From: an uncultured Gemmatimonadales bacterium
GTDB taxonomy: Bacteria > Gemmatimonadota > Gemmatimonadetes > Gemmatimonadales > GWC2-71-9
Direction of reading: 5' to 3'
DNA: 64,000 bases
Assembly (NCBI GenBank): GCA_963825055.1
Contig: CAWGSK010000013.1
Coordinates: forward strand, 32,001-96,000
The notes beneath the pieces were generated by a model. That model had not been told where the DNA came from and ran no database searches. It saw only the letters and a list, made by a program, of their open reading frames with translations. The position numbers and the translations under genes were made by a program. This document shows positions 34,377-43,838 of the stretch, piece after piece. How positions within the stretch are numbered: the first letter of the stretch is position 1; each line of letters begins with the position of its first letter.

Positions 34377-34933
34377 CAGAGTCTCCGCTTCGCGAGGACG
34401 ACCGCGCCGACGATGGCCGCCAGCAGCAGGATCGAGGTGACTTCGAACGGAATCAGGTACTGGAGGAAGAGCGGCTGGGCCACGGCGCCCACCACACCCT
34501 GCGACTCGGTGAGCGCCTGGCCGGCCTGGGCCGCCGGGAAGATCACCGCCGGGTTGGCGAAACCCTCGGCCCGGGTGAACTCGAGCGTCAGCCGCTCAGG
34601 GCTGTATCCGGCCAGTGGCGCGAGCTGGCTCACCAGCACGCCCAGCACGATCATCGCCAGGAGCCACCAGGGCGCCCGCCGGAGGTCTGTCTTCGCGTGG
34701 TCCAGGTTGAGCAGCATGATGACGAAGAGGAACAGCACCATGATGGCGCCGGCGTATACCAGCACCTGGATCACGCCGATGAAATAGGCCTGGAGCAGCA
34801 CGTAGATGGCAGCGAGCGAGAACATGGTGCTCACCAGCCACAGCGCCGCCGAGACGGGGTTCCGCTGGGTGATGCAGAGCAGGGCCGAGCCGACGGCCAC
34901 CACGGCGAAGAGCCAGAAGACGACCTCGGTCAT
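34376..34933 (-). CDS. nuoJ: NADH-quinone oxidoreductase subunit J
   Basis: [29 protein letters not shown]. Confidence 0.95.
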   Translation of the reverse strand: MTEVVFWLFAVVAVGSALLCITQRNPVSAALWLVSTMFSLAAIYVLLQAYFIGVIQVLVYAGAIMVLFLFVIMLLNLDHAKTDLRRAPWWLLAMIVLGVLVSQLAPLAGYSPERLTLEFTRAEGFANPAVIFPAAQAGQALTESQGVVGAVAQPLFLQYLIPFEVTSILLLAAIVGAVVLAKRRL

Positions 34934-35458
34934 CTATTCGCCCCTCGGATCCGTGGGGTCCCACAGGGTGGACACCGGATGCGTCTGGGCCGACAGCCGT
35001 TCCAGGTCGTACACGAACCGCTCCCGGCTGTACTCGGCGTTCTCGTAGTGCACCCCGACGTGGATCGCCTCCTCGGGACAGACCTCCTGGCAGTACCCGC
35101 AGAAGACGCAGCGGAACTCGTCGATTTCGTAGATCAGCGGATAACGGTTCCCTGCCTCGTCCTCACCCGGCACCAGCTTGATGCAGTTGGCCGGGCAGAT
35201 CTGGGGACAGAGGCCGCAGGCCACGCACTTGGAACGGCCCTGCTCGTCGGTCAGCATCCGGTGGGTGCCGCGCCAGCGCGGCGACAGGCTCCACGCCCCC
35301 GCCCCGTGGCCGGGATCGGTGGACTTCTGCTCCGGGTATTGCATCGTGACCCGGGGCTGGAACATGTGCTTGAACGTGAGCGCCATCCCCTTGAGGGTGG
35401 CGCGGACATAGCTGACCCGCGCGACGGGGCGCGGCAGCACCTTGGTACCAATCGCCAT
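34934..35458 (-). CDS. nuoI: NADH-quinone oxidoreductase subunit I
   Basis: Two CxxCxxCxxxCP motifs. Confidence 0.95.
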   Translation of the reverse strand: MAIGTKVLPRPVARVSYVRATLKGMALTFKHMFQPRVTMQYPEQKSTDPGHGAGAWSLSPRWRGTHRMLTDEQGRSKCVACGLCPQICPANCIKLVPGEDEAGNRYPLIYEIDEFRCVFCGYCQEVCPEEAIHVGVHYENAEYSRERFVYDLERLSAQTHPVSTLWDPTDPRGE

Positions 35459-36705
35459 CAGGACTCCAGCGCCGGCTTCGACGCCCGGGCGGCGGCAAGC
35501 CGCTTATCCCGGGACATGGAACCGGCGATGATCGTGTTGCGGTCCACCAGGAAGAAGACGACCCAGCCGATGATCAGGTTGAGCCCGAACAGCGCGAGGC
35601 TGGCGGGCAGGACTCCGAGGCCCAGGACCTGGTCGATCACGTAGATCGCGGTCGCAATGACCATGATGTACCCCAGCGCCATCGGCAGCATGACCTTCCA
35701 GCCCAGCGACATGAGCTGGTCGAAGCGGAACCGTGGCAGGGTCCAGCGCACCCACATGAAGAGGAAGACGAAGAACATCACCTTCAGGAAGAGGAACGCT
35801 CCCGTCGCCAGCGCCGCGAGGATGCTGCCGGAGGTCTGGTCCCACGTGATGAAGGGAATATCCCATCCGCCCAGGAAGAGGGTGCTCACCATCGCCGAGA
35901 CGGTGACCATGTTGGCGTACTCGGCAATGAAGAAGAGCGAGAACTTCATCGCGCTGTATTCGCTGTGATACCCCGCGACCAGTTCCGACTCGGCCTCCGG
36001 CAGGTCGAATGGGACACGGTTGGTTTCCGCGAAGCCCGACACGAGGAAGATGAAGAACGAGAGGAAGAGCGGCAGGATGAACCAGGTCGAACCCTGCTGT
36101 GAGGCGATGATCGCGCTGAAGGAAACGTTCCCCGCCAGCAGGAGCACCGGGATGAGCGACAGTCCCATCGCCACTTCATAGGACACCATCTGGGCGCTCG
36201 CCCGCAGGCCGCCCAGCAGGCTGTACTTGCTGTTGCTGCTCCAGCCCGCCAGCGCGATCCCGTAGACCCCGAGCGAGCTGACCGCCAGGATGAACAGGAA
36301 CCCCACCGGCAGGTCCGCCACGGCCATCGGCATCAGGCCGTGGTGGACGAAGCGGCCCACGATCGGCCAGGAAAAGTCGAAATTGACGTTGAACGGCGCC
36401 GCCCAGGGGATTACTGCCCCGAGCAGCAGGGCCGGGATGAACGCCAGCGCGGGTGCCACCGTAAAGAGGACGGGGCTCGACGCCGCCGGGTACGTCTCTT
36501 CCTTCAGGATGTTCTTGAGGCCGTCAGCCGCCGGCTGCAGCAGCCCCGCATAGCCGACCCGGTTCGGTCCGAGCCGGTTCTGCATCCAGGCGCTCACCTT
36601 CCGCTCCATCAGCGTCAGCAGGGCCACGCCCACCAGCGTCACCGTGAAGACCGCCAGCATCCGTAGCACCGCGAGCAGCAGGTACCCTTTCAGTTCGGGC
36701 GTCAC
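35458..36705 (-). CDS. nuoH: NADH-quinone oxidoreductase subunit H
   Basis: ERKVSA, GPNRVG, PFDLPEAESEL, PRFRFDQLM. Confidence 0.95.
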   Translation of the reverse strand: MTPELKGYLLLAVLRMLAVFTVTLVGVALLTLMERKVSAWMQNRLGPNRVGYAGLLQPAADGLKNILKEETYPAASSPVLFTVAPALAFIPALLLGAVIPWAAPFNVNFDFSWPIVGRFVHHGLMPMAVADLPVGFLFILAVSSLGVYGIALAGWSSNSKYSLLGGLRASAQMVSYEVAMGLSLIPVLLLAGNVSFSAIIASQQGSTWFILPLFLSFFIFLVSGFAETNRVPFDLPEAESELVAGYHSEYSAMKFSLFFIAEYANMVTVSAMVSTLFLGGWDIPFITWDQTSGSILAALATGAFLFLKVMFFVFLFMWVRWTLPRFRFDQLMSLGWKVMLPMALGYIMVIATAIYVIDQVLGLGVLPASLALFGLNLIIGWVVFFLVDRNTIIAGSMSRDKRLAAARASKPALES

Positions 36706-38273
36706 CGGCTCGCTCCCGCGGTAGCCGCATCCCGCACCGTGCGGCCCGAAAAGCCGAGCGCGGCATGGGTGAGGCCGCCGAAGGCGGGCAGCGTGTCGGC
36801 CAGCACGGCGAAGGCCTGGGCGGCGTCCGAGGGCGGGTCGAACGAGGGGTCGGCGAGGGCCAGCGCCTCACCCGCCACCCACCACGCGGGCCGGGCCATG
36901 CCGGGTGCGGTGCGGGCCTGCATGTAGCGCTGTACCCGCCCGTCACGATTCACGAAGGTGCCGTTCTCCTCGACCATGTTCGCGATCGGGAGAACCACCT
37001 CGGCCCGGGCGTCCAGTTCCGACATGGCGGTCCCGAGAATCACGACCTTCGCCTGTGGGCCGATTCGCTCCCTGAGCCGCTCGTCCAGGTCCAGGTCGAG
37101 CACCACCACCAGGGCCGCGCCGTCCAGCGCATTCACGGCGGCGCCCCATTCCGCGTCCACCCCCACCAGCCGGGCCCCCGTGGCGTTGGCCGTCCGCTCG
37201 CGGCGGAGCGCCAGGTCCGGGATGCCGGCCAGCGGCGCTTCATCGCCCATGGGCACATGGACCGCGGCCGTGGTGCCGTCGCCCAGGAACCGGCGGAGCA
37301 GGCCGAGCGCCTCCGTGGAGCTTCGTCCGGACGCGAGCAGGACGGCGGACCCGCTGCCCCGGAGTGACGCAAGCCGGGCGAGCGCGGTCTCCCAGTCGGT
37401 GGCCCGGTGGCGGCCGTCCTCGAGTACCAGCGGCGCCTCAATCCGGTCGCCCCGGTTCATCCAGCGGTAGTCGGCCCGCCCCGTGTCGCACATGAAGTGT
37501 CGGTTCACCTCGAGATTCGGGCGGGGCCGGAGCCGCACGACGTTCGATTCGCGGGTGTCGACCATCATGTTGCAGCCCTGGCTGCATCCGGGACAGACAC
37601 TCGCCGTCTTGTCCAGGTCCCACGCGCGGGCCTTGTGCAGGAAGTCCTTGCTGATGAGCGAGCCGACGGGGCAGAGGTCCACCACGTTGCCCGACCACTC
37701 GTGGTCCAGCCGGTGGCCCTGGTCGATGCCGATGAAGGCGCGGTCGCCGCGCTCGGAGACGTTCAGCACCGGCTCTTCCGCCACATCCTCCATGAACCGC
37801 ACGCAGCGGGTGCAGAGGATGCAGCGGTTCGGCACGTACAGGATGTCCGGCCCGAAATCCTCCACCGGGTTGTACCGCTTGGCGTAGTCATCGTACCGGC
37901 TGCCCTTGCGGCCCTCCTGGAACACGTAATCCTGGAGCTCGCATTCGCCGGCCTGGTCGCAGATCGGGCAGTCGAGCGGGTGGTTGATGAGCAGCAGCTC
38001 GAGGACGCCCTCGCGGGCCTCCTTCGCCTTGTCGCTGTTCACCTGGACCACCTGCCCGTCGGCCACGCTGGTGACGCAGGCGGGCATGAGCTTCGGGGCC
38101 TTCTCCACTTCCACCAGGCACATGCGGCAGACCGCCGGGGCCGGCAGGGAGGGATGGTAGCAATAGTGCGGGATCAGGATGCCGGCCTGCTTGGCCGCCT
38201 CGATGATCGAGGTGCCCTTCGGCACCTGCACCTGCTGCCCGTCGATGGTGACGGTGACGAGTTCCTGGGTCAT
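36702..38273 (-). CDS. nuoG: NADH-quinone oxidoreductase subunit G (short form)
   Basis: CRMCLVE, HPLDCPICDQAGECELQ, CILCTRCVRF, CPGCSQGC. Confidence 0.93.
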   Translation of the reverse strand: MTQELVTVTIDGQQVQVPKGTSIIEAAKQAGILIPHYCYHPSLPAPAVCRMCLVEVEKAPKLMPACVTSVADGQVVQVNSDKAKEAREGVLELLLINHPLDCPICDQAGECELQDYVFQEGRKGSRYDDYAKRYNPVEDFGPDILYVPNRCILCTRCVRFMEDVAEEPVLNVSERGDRAFIGIDQGHRLDHEWSGNVVDLCPVGSLISKDFLHKARAWDLDKTASVCPGCSQGCNMMVDTRESNVVRLRPRPNLEVNRHFMCDTGRADYRWMNRGDRIEAPLVLEDGRHRATDWETALARLASLRGSGSAVLLASGRSSTEALGLLRRFLGDGTTAAVHVPMGDEAPLAGIPDLALRRERTANATGARLVGVDAEWGAAVNALDGAALVVVLDLDLDERLRERIGPQAKVVILGTAMSELDARAEVVLPIANMVEENGTFVNRDGRVQRYMQARTAPGMARPAWWVAGEALALADPSFDPPSDAAQAFAVLADTLPAFGGLTHAALGFSGRTVRDAATAGASR

Positions 38274-39583
38274 GCATGGACTCCGGCCATGACCGGGGCA
38301 CGGTCGCCCGAGACGTAGGCCTCGAATTCATTCCGGAATTTCTGGATGCCGCTCACGACGGGGGCGGCACATGAGTCGCTCAGCACGCAGATGGTCTTGC
38401 CGGTCATCTGCTCCGAGAGGTCGAGCAGGAGCTGGAGGTCCTCGTCCTTCCCTTCCCCGGCCAGGATCCGCTCCAGGATCTTGACCGTCCACGCCGTGCC
38501 CTCGCGGCACTGGGTGCACTGTGCGCAGCTTTCGTGCGCATAGAACCGGGCGAGCCGGTAGATCTGGTAGACCATGTCGGCGGAGTCATCCATGACGATC
38601 ATCCCGCCCGAGCCCAGCATGGAGCCCTGCGCAACCACCCCCTCGTAGTCCATGAGGCAGGCGTCCGCTTCGGCCACGGTCATGATCGGCACCGACGAGC
38701 CGCCCGGGATCACCGCCTTGAGCGTCCGGCCCGGGGGCGGCCCGCCGCAGAGGTCGTAGATGAGTTCCTTCATCGGGAAGCCCATCGTGATCTCGTAGTT
38801 GCCGGGCCGCTGGATGTGGCCGCAGACCGAGATCAGCTTGGTGCCGGTGCTCTTCGGGTTGCTGAGCGAAAGACCCTTGTACCACGCCGCGCCCCGCTTC
38901 AGGATGTGCGGCACCGCGGCCAGGGTCTCGACGTTGTTCACCGTGGTGGGAAGCCCGAACGCGCCGGCCTGCGCCGGGAAGGGCGGCTTGATGCGCGGGT
39001 TGCCGCGGCGCCCTTCCAGCGAGTTGAGCATCGCGGTTTCCTCGCCGCAGATGTAGGCGCCGGCCCCGCGGTGGAGAATCATGTCGATCCGTTTCCCGCT
39101 GCCGAGCGCGTTGGCGCCCAGCACGCCCTTCTCGTACGCTTCCGCCACGGCGCGGGTCATGATCCGCCACGGCTCGGTGAACTCGCCGCGGATATAGACG
39201 TAGCAGCGCTCGGCGCCGATGGCGTACGCCCCGATCGCGCACCCCTCGATGAGGCCGTGGGGGGTCCACCGCATGATCTCGCGGTCCTTGAAGGTCCCGG
39301 GCTCGGATTCGTCGGCGTTGCAGACGAGGAAGTGCGCCTTGCCGTCGTCCTTCGGCATGAAGGACCACTTGAGCCCCGTCGGGAAGCCGGCGCCGCCCCG
39401 GCCGCGCAGGCCGGATTCCTTGACCACCTCGATGATCTGGTCGGGGGTCATGCCGAGCGCCTGGCGGAGCGACTCGTAGCCGCCGAGGGCGACCCACCCG
39501 TCGTAGGTCTGGGCGGACTCGTTCCCGAAGTGCTCCGACAGGACCGGCGTTTCCTTCGGGTGGCTCGGGTGCGGGTAGCCCAT
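38270..39583 (-). CDS. nuoF: NADH-quinone oxidoreductase subunit F
   Basis: GRGGAGFPTG, NADESEPG, YICGEETA, HESCAQCTQCREG. Confidence 0.97.
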   Translation of the reverse strand: MGYPHPSHPKETPVLSEHFGNESAQTYDGWVALGGYESLRQALGMTPDQIIEVVKESGLRGRGGAGFPTGLKWSFMPKDDGKAHFLVCNADESEPGTFKDREIMRWTPHGLIEGCAIGAYAIGAERCYVYIRGEFTEPWRIMTRAVAEAYEKGVLGANALGSGKRIDMILHRGAGAYICGEETAMLNSLEGRRGNPRIKPPFPAQAGAFGLPTTVNNVETLAAVPHILKRGAAWYKGLSLSNPKSTGTKLISVCGHIQRPGNYEITMGFPMKELIYDLCGGPPPGRTLKAVIPGGSSVPIMTVAEADACLMDYEGVVAQGSMLGSGGMIVMDDSADMVYQIYRLARFYAHESCAQCTQCREGTAWTVKILERILAGEGKDEDLQLLLDLSEQMTGKTICVLSDSCAAPVVSGIQKFRNEFEAYVSGDRAPVMAGVHA

Positions 39584-40113
39584 TACTTGTAGCCCTCCAG
39601 GATCCCCGGGACGCGCTCCGGCGTCACGTTCTCGAGGAAGTCGTCGTTCACCAGCACCGGCGTCGGGAAACCGCAGGCGCCCAGGCACTCGACCTCGATC
39701 ACCGTGAAGCGGCCGTCGGGGCTGGTCCGCCCCAGCTCGCCGCAGCCGGTCTCCCGCAGGATGGCCTTCACGGTTTCCTCGGCCCCGCAGAGGTTGCACG
39801 GGCTCGTGGTGCAGACCTGGATGAAGTGGCGGCCCACGGGATGGGTGTGGTACATCGTATAGAAGGTGACCACGCCCTTCACCTGCGCCGGCGTCAGGCC
39901 GAGCACGTCGGCCACCTCCGCGATGGCGGGCTCGGAGATCCAGCCCCGGGCCTCCTGCACCATCCAGAGGGCCGGGAGCAGCGCGGCCCGCTTCGTCGGG
40001 TACTGGTCGAACAGGCGCTCCAGCTTCGCGCGCATATCGCCCACGAAAACGGGCTCGTACGGCTCCGTCTCGTGCGCGACCGCGTCGCCGGGCGCGGCGC
40101 CCCCGGTGCTCAT
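39583..40113 (-). CDS. nuoE: NADH-quinone oxidoreductase subunit E
   Basis: TFYTMY, CTTSPC, ECLGAC. Confidence 0.95.
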   Translation of the reverse strand: MSTGGAAPGDAVAHETEPYEPVFVGDMRAKLERLFDQYPTKRAALLPALWMVQEARGWISEPAIAEVADVLGLTPAQVKGVVTFYTMYHTHPVGRHFIQVCTTSPCNLCGAEETVKAILRETGCGELGRTSPDGRFTVIEVECLGACGFPTPVLVNDDFLENVTPERVPGILEGYK

Positions 40114-41384
40114 CGGTCCACCTCTCCCATGACGATGTCGATGCTGGCGTTGATGGCGATCACGTCGGAGAGCAGCGCGCCCTCGCAGAGCGCGGGCAGC
40201 GCGGCCAGGTTGATGAAGGCCGGGGGCCGGATGCGCCACCGGACCGGCTTGGCGGTGCCGTCGGAGACGAAATAGTAGCCCAGCTCGCCCTTCGGGTTCT
40301 CGATGCCCATGTAGGCCTCGCCGATCGGCGGCTTGACCCCCTCCATGACCTGCTTGAAGTGATGGATCATCGCCTCCATGTCGCTCATCGCCCGCGACTT
40401 GGGCGGCAGGATGACCCGCGGGTCGTCCACGTTGATCGGCCCGGGCTTCAACCGGTCGAGCGCCTGCTCGATGATCCGGTTCGACTGGTACATCTCCTCC
40501 AGGCGCACGCGGTAGCGGTCGTAGATGTCGCCGTGCTCGCCCACCGGGACGTCGAAGTCGTAGGTCTCGTAGCCCAGGTACGGGCGGTCCTTCCGGACGT
40601 CGTAGTCGACCCCGCTGGCCCGGAGCATCGGGCCGGAGAGCGAGTAGTTGATGGCGTCCTCGCCGCTCATCGCCCCGACGCCCTGGGTGCGCCCGATCCA
40701 GATGGCGTTCCGGGTGAACATGGTGTCCACCTCGTCCAGCACCTTCGGAAACGTGCGGCAGAAGGAGCGCATCCCCTCGGTCCAGCCATCGGGGATGTCG
40801 GCCATGAGGCCGCCGATCCGGGTGAGGCTGGTCGTGAGCCGGGCGCCGGTCCACGCCTCCTGGAGGTTGTAGATCACCTCGCGCTGCTGGAAGGACCAGA
40901 GGAACGGCGTATAGGCGCCGAGGTCGATCCCCGTGGTCCCGAGCCAGACGAGGTGGGAGATGATGCGGCTCATCTCACACGCGATCACGCGGAGCACGCG
41001 GCAGCGCTCGGTGATCTCGATCGCCATGAGCTTCTCGGCCGCCAGCGCGAGGCAGACGTTGTTCGCCATCGGCGCCAGGTAGTCGGTCCGGTCGGTGAGG
41101 GGGATGATCTGGTTGTAATGGCGGTATTCGCCAAGCTTTTCGAACCCGCTGTGCAGGTACCCGACATGCGGGATACAGCGGATCACCACCTCCCCTTCGA
41201 GCTCGAGCACCAGCCGCAGCACGCCGTGCGTGGCCGGATGCTGGGGGCCGATGTTGATCAGCATGTGCTCGCGGCCCAGCGGGTCGACGTCTTCCGCGGC
41301 CACGCCCAGGGGCAGGCGGATGGGGTTGCCCTGCTCGTCGAGGCCGGTAGTGGCCAGTTCCAGCTCGACCGTGCGCGTGCTCAT
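40110..41384 (-). CDS. nuoD: NADH-quinone oxidoreductase subunit D
   Basis: GPQHPATHGVLRL, ENPKGELG, DIVMGEVDR. Confidence 0.97.
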   Translation of the reverse strand: MSTRTVELELATTGLDEQGNPIRLPLGVAAEDVDPLGREHMLINIGPQHPATHGVLRLVLELEGEVVIRCIPHVGYLHSGFEKLGEYRHYNQIIPLTDRTDYLAPMANNVCLALAAEKLMAIEITERCRVLRVIACEMSRIISHLVWLGTTGIDLGAYTPFLWSFQQREVIYNLQEAWTGARLTTSLTRIGGLMADIPDGWTEGMRSFCRTFPKVLDEVDTMFTRNAIWIGRTQGVGAMSGEDAINYSLSGPMLRASGVDYDVRKDRPYLGYETYDFDVPVGEHGDIYDRYRVRLEEMYQSNRIIEQALDRLKPGPINVDDPRVILPPKSRAMSDMEAMIHHFKQVMEGVKPPIGEAYMGIENPKGELGYYFVSDGTAKPVRWRIRPPAFINLAALPALCEGALLSDVIAINASIDIVMGEVDR

Positions 41385-41998
41385 TTGACAGCCCCGCGCT
41401 CGCCGCGCGACAGCCGTTCCCGCACGTCCTCGGGAAGCTCGTCGTATGCGTCGGCGATTGACAGTTCCTCCAGCGAGTAGTGCGCCTCGGGGTTCCCGGC
41501 CAGGGCCTGCCGCGTCTGCTCGCTCCGGCTGAAATGCCCGCGGAGCGGGAAGTCCTTCCGGAGCGGGTAGCCCTCGGAATAGGTCTCCCACATGAGGATG
41601 CGGCGGAGGTCCGGATGCCCCGCGAACGTGATGCCAAACATGTCGTACACCTCGCGCTCCATCCAGTCGGCGCCGCGCCACAGGTCCACCACCGAATCCA
41701 CCTCCAGGGGGCCTGCCTTGTCGAGTGTCGCCTTGACCCGCAGGTCCGCCCGGCGCTCGAGCGACCGGAGCTGGTAGACCACCTCCAGGTCGCGTTCACG
41801 GTCGCGGTACTCGACGGCGGTGATGTCGGTGAGGTAGTTGAACGCCTGCCCCGGCGTGTCGCGGAGCCAGGCCAGGACGTCGTGGGCCCGGTCCCGGTCC
41901 ACGAACACGATGCTGTCACCGCACGACACCTCGGCACGGCCGATGGCGTCGCCGAACGCGGCGCGGAGCGCGGCCACCGACGGGCTCGGGGCCGTCAT
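41381..41998 (-). CDS. nuoC: NADH-quinone oxidoreductase subunit C
   Basis: [24 protein letters not shown]. Confidence 0.95.
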   Translation of the reverse strand: MTAPSPSVAALRAAFGDAIGRAEVSCGDSIVFVDRDRAHDVLAWLRDTPGQAFNYLTDITAVEYRDRERDLEVVYQLRSLERRADLRVKATLDKAGPLEVDSVVDLWRGADWMEREVYDMFGITFAGHPDLRRILMWETYSEGYPLRKDFPLRGHFSRSEQTRQALAGNPEAHYSLEELSIADAYDELPEDVRERLSRGERGAVK

Positions 41999-42630
41999 GC
42001 GGAGCGGGTCTGGTGCACGGAGTTGCCGAACGGCTCGCTCAATTCGTCCACCCGCTCGGGCGGCAGGAACATGCCGCGCTCATCCACCAGCTGCTCGTCA
42101 CGCAGCGTCGGGTCCACGAAACTCTCCCCGCGGATCTTCTTCTGGAGCAGCATGATGCCGTAGAGCAGGCCCTCGGGGCGCGGCGGGCATCCCGGGACGT
42201 AGATGTCCACCGGGATGATCGTGTCGATCCCCTGCACCATGGCGTAGTTGTCGAAGATGCCGCCCGAACTGGCGCAGGCGCCCATGGAGATTGCCCACTT
42301 CGGCTGCGGCATCTGGTCCCAGATCTTCCGGATGACCGGCGCCAGCTTGAACGGCAGCCGGCCGGCACAGATCAGGACGTCGGCCTGGCGGGGCGAGAAG
42401 CTCTGGCGCTCCATGCCGAAGCGGGCAAGGTCGAAGCGGCTCGCCGCGGTCGCCATGTACTCGATGGCGCAGCAGGCGGTCCCGAACGGCATGGGCCACA
42501 GGGAGTTGGACCGGGCCCAGTTGGACAGGAAGTCCAGGGTGGTCGTGATGAAGTTGGGTGACGCCACCGAGAGCTGGGGCGAGCCATCGATGGTCTGCCG
42601 GGTCTCGGTGGCAGGGTTGACTACTCCCAT
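41995..42630 (-). CDS. nuoB: NADH-quinone oxidoreductase subunit B
   Basis: ACCAIE, SPRQAD, MGAC, PGCPPRP. Confidence 0.97.
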   Translation of the reverse strand: MGVVNPATETRQTIDGSPQLSVASPNFITTTLDFLSNWARSNSLWPMPFGTACCAIEYMATAASRFDLARFGMERQSFSPRQADVLICAGRLPFKLAPVIRKIWDQMPQPKWAISMGACASSGGIFDNYAMVQGIDTIIPVDIYVPGCPPRPEGLLYGIMLLQKKIRGESFVDPTLRDEQLVDERGMFLPPERVDELSEPFGNSVHQTRSA

Positions 42631-42986
42631 TCCAGCGCTCCTCGCTTCCAGACATACACATACCCGACCAGCAGGATCAGTACGAACACCAGCATCTCGA
42701 CCAGGAGCAGCCCGCGGAGGTCCGTCATCTGGTTGAAGGCAGCCGCCCAGGGAATCATGAACACGGCTTCGATGTCAAACACGATGAACAGCATCGCGAT
42801 GAGGTAGAACTTCACCGAAAACCGCTCACGCGCCGTACCGAGCACGGGCATTCCCGACTCGTACGGGGCGCGCTTGACGGCGGTGGGCCGGGAATTCGAG
42901 AGGACGGCCGACATCCCGATCATCAGGATCGCGTTGGCCACGACAAAGGCGAGAACGAGCAGGATCGGGATGTAGGTGTTGAGCAT
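42621..42986 (-). CDS. nuoA: NADH-quinone oxidoreductase subunit A
   Basis: PYESG, FIVFDIE, GALEW. Confidence 0.95.
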   Translation of the reverse strand: MLNTYIPILLVLAFVVANAILMIGMSAVLSNSRPTAVKRAPYESGMPVLGTARERFSVKFYLIAMLFIVFDIEAVFMIPWAAAFNQMTDLRGLLLVEMLVFVLILLVGYVYVWKRGALEWE

Positions 42987-42995
42987 CGGCCGGTT

Positions 42996-43013
42996 TCGTG
43001 AAAAAATTCACTT
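42996..43013. promoter_or_regulatory. Rex-like operator upstream of nuoA
   Basis: TCGTGAA-AAAA-TTCACTT versus the Rex consensus TTGTGAA-N4-TTCACAA. Confidence 0.65.
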
Positions 43014-43028
43014 GCTGCCCAGCGCGGT

Positions 43029-43057
43029 AAGGTAAGGGGACATAAGGGGATATTCAA
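43029..43057 (-). promoter_or_regulatory. Putative sigma70 promoter of the nuo operon
   Basis: TTGAAT-N17-TACCTT. Confidence 0.6.
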
Positions 43058-43165
43058 CTGGCCCCACGCACCCGCGACGGGCCCTCTGCGAGCCCGCGAT
43101 TATATTGCCCGCATTCGCGGCGGGAGACCCGCCCCGCCCCCATCGATCGCGTACCACGAGGGACC

Positions 43166-43726
43166 ATGTCCATCAAGTCCGACCGCTGGATCCGCCGGAT
43201 GGCCCACGAGCACGGGATGATCGAGCCCTTCGTGGAAAAGCAGGTCAAGGCCGGCGCCATTTCCTACGGTGTCTCGAGCTACGGCTATGACATGCGCGTG
43301 GCCCCCGAGTTCAAGATCTTCACCAACGCCCTCTCGGCGATCGTGGATCCCAAGCACTTCGACGCCAACAGCTTCGTGGAGTTCCAGGGCGACGTGTGCA
43401 TCGTACCGCCCAACAGTTTCGCACTGGCGCGGTCGGTGGAGTACTTCAGGATCCCCCGGAACGTGCTCACGATCTGCGTGGGGAAGTCCACCTACGCCCG
43501 CTGCGGGATCATCACCAACGTCACCCCCTTCGAACCGGAGTGGGAAGGCCACGTGACCCTGGAGATCAGCAACACCACCCCGCTGCCGGCCCGGATCTAT
43601 GCGAACGAGGGGATCTGCCAGGTCCTCTTCTTCGAGGCCGACGACGACGATGTCTGCGAAACGAGTTACGCGGACAAGAAGGGGAAGTACCAGGCCCAGC
43701 AGGGCATCACCCTGCCCCGCCTCTAG
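43166..43726 (+). CDS. dcd: dCTP deaminase
   Basis: [29 protein letters not shown]. Confidence 0.95.
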   Translation: MSIKSDRWIRRMAHEHGMIEPFVEKQVKAGAISYGVSSYGYDMRVAPEFKIFTNALSAIVDPKHFDANSFVEFQGDVCIVPPNSFALARSVEYFRIPRNVLTICVGKSTYARCGIITNVTPFEPEWEGHVTLEISNTTPLPARIYANEGICQVLFFEADDDDVCETSYADKKGKYQAQQGITLPRL

Positions 43727-43838
43727 CGGCCTGACGGACCGGTCGGGGCGCGTCCCGCAGGCGCGGCGCCCCACCGGCCCGGGCGCCGGGCCCCCCCTGG
43801 CCCGGCGCGGTCCACGCGCCTGCGATGGACCATTGCCC

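Noticed and set aside
36702..38273. NuoG as a truncated pseudogene
   Set aside because: All Fe-S motifs are intact, both ends are coupled to neighbouring genes, and short NuoG forms are known.
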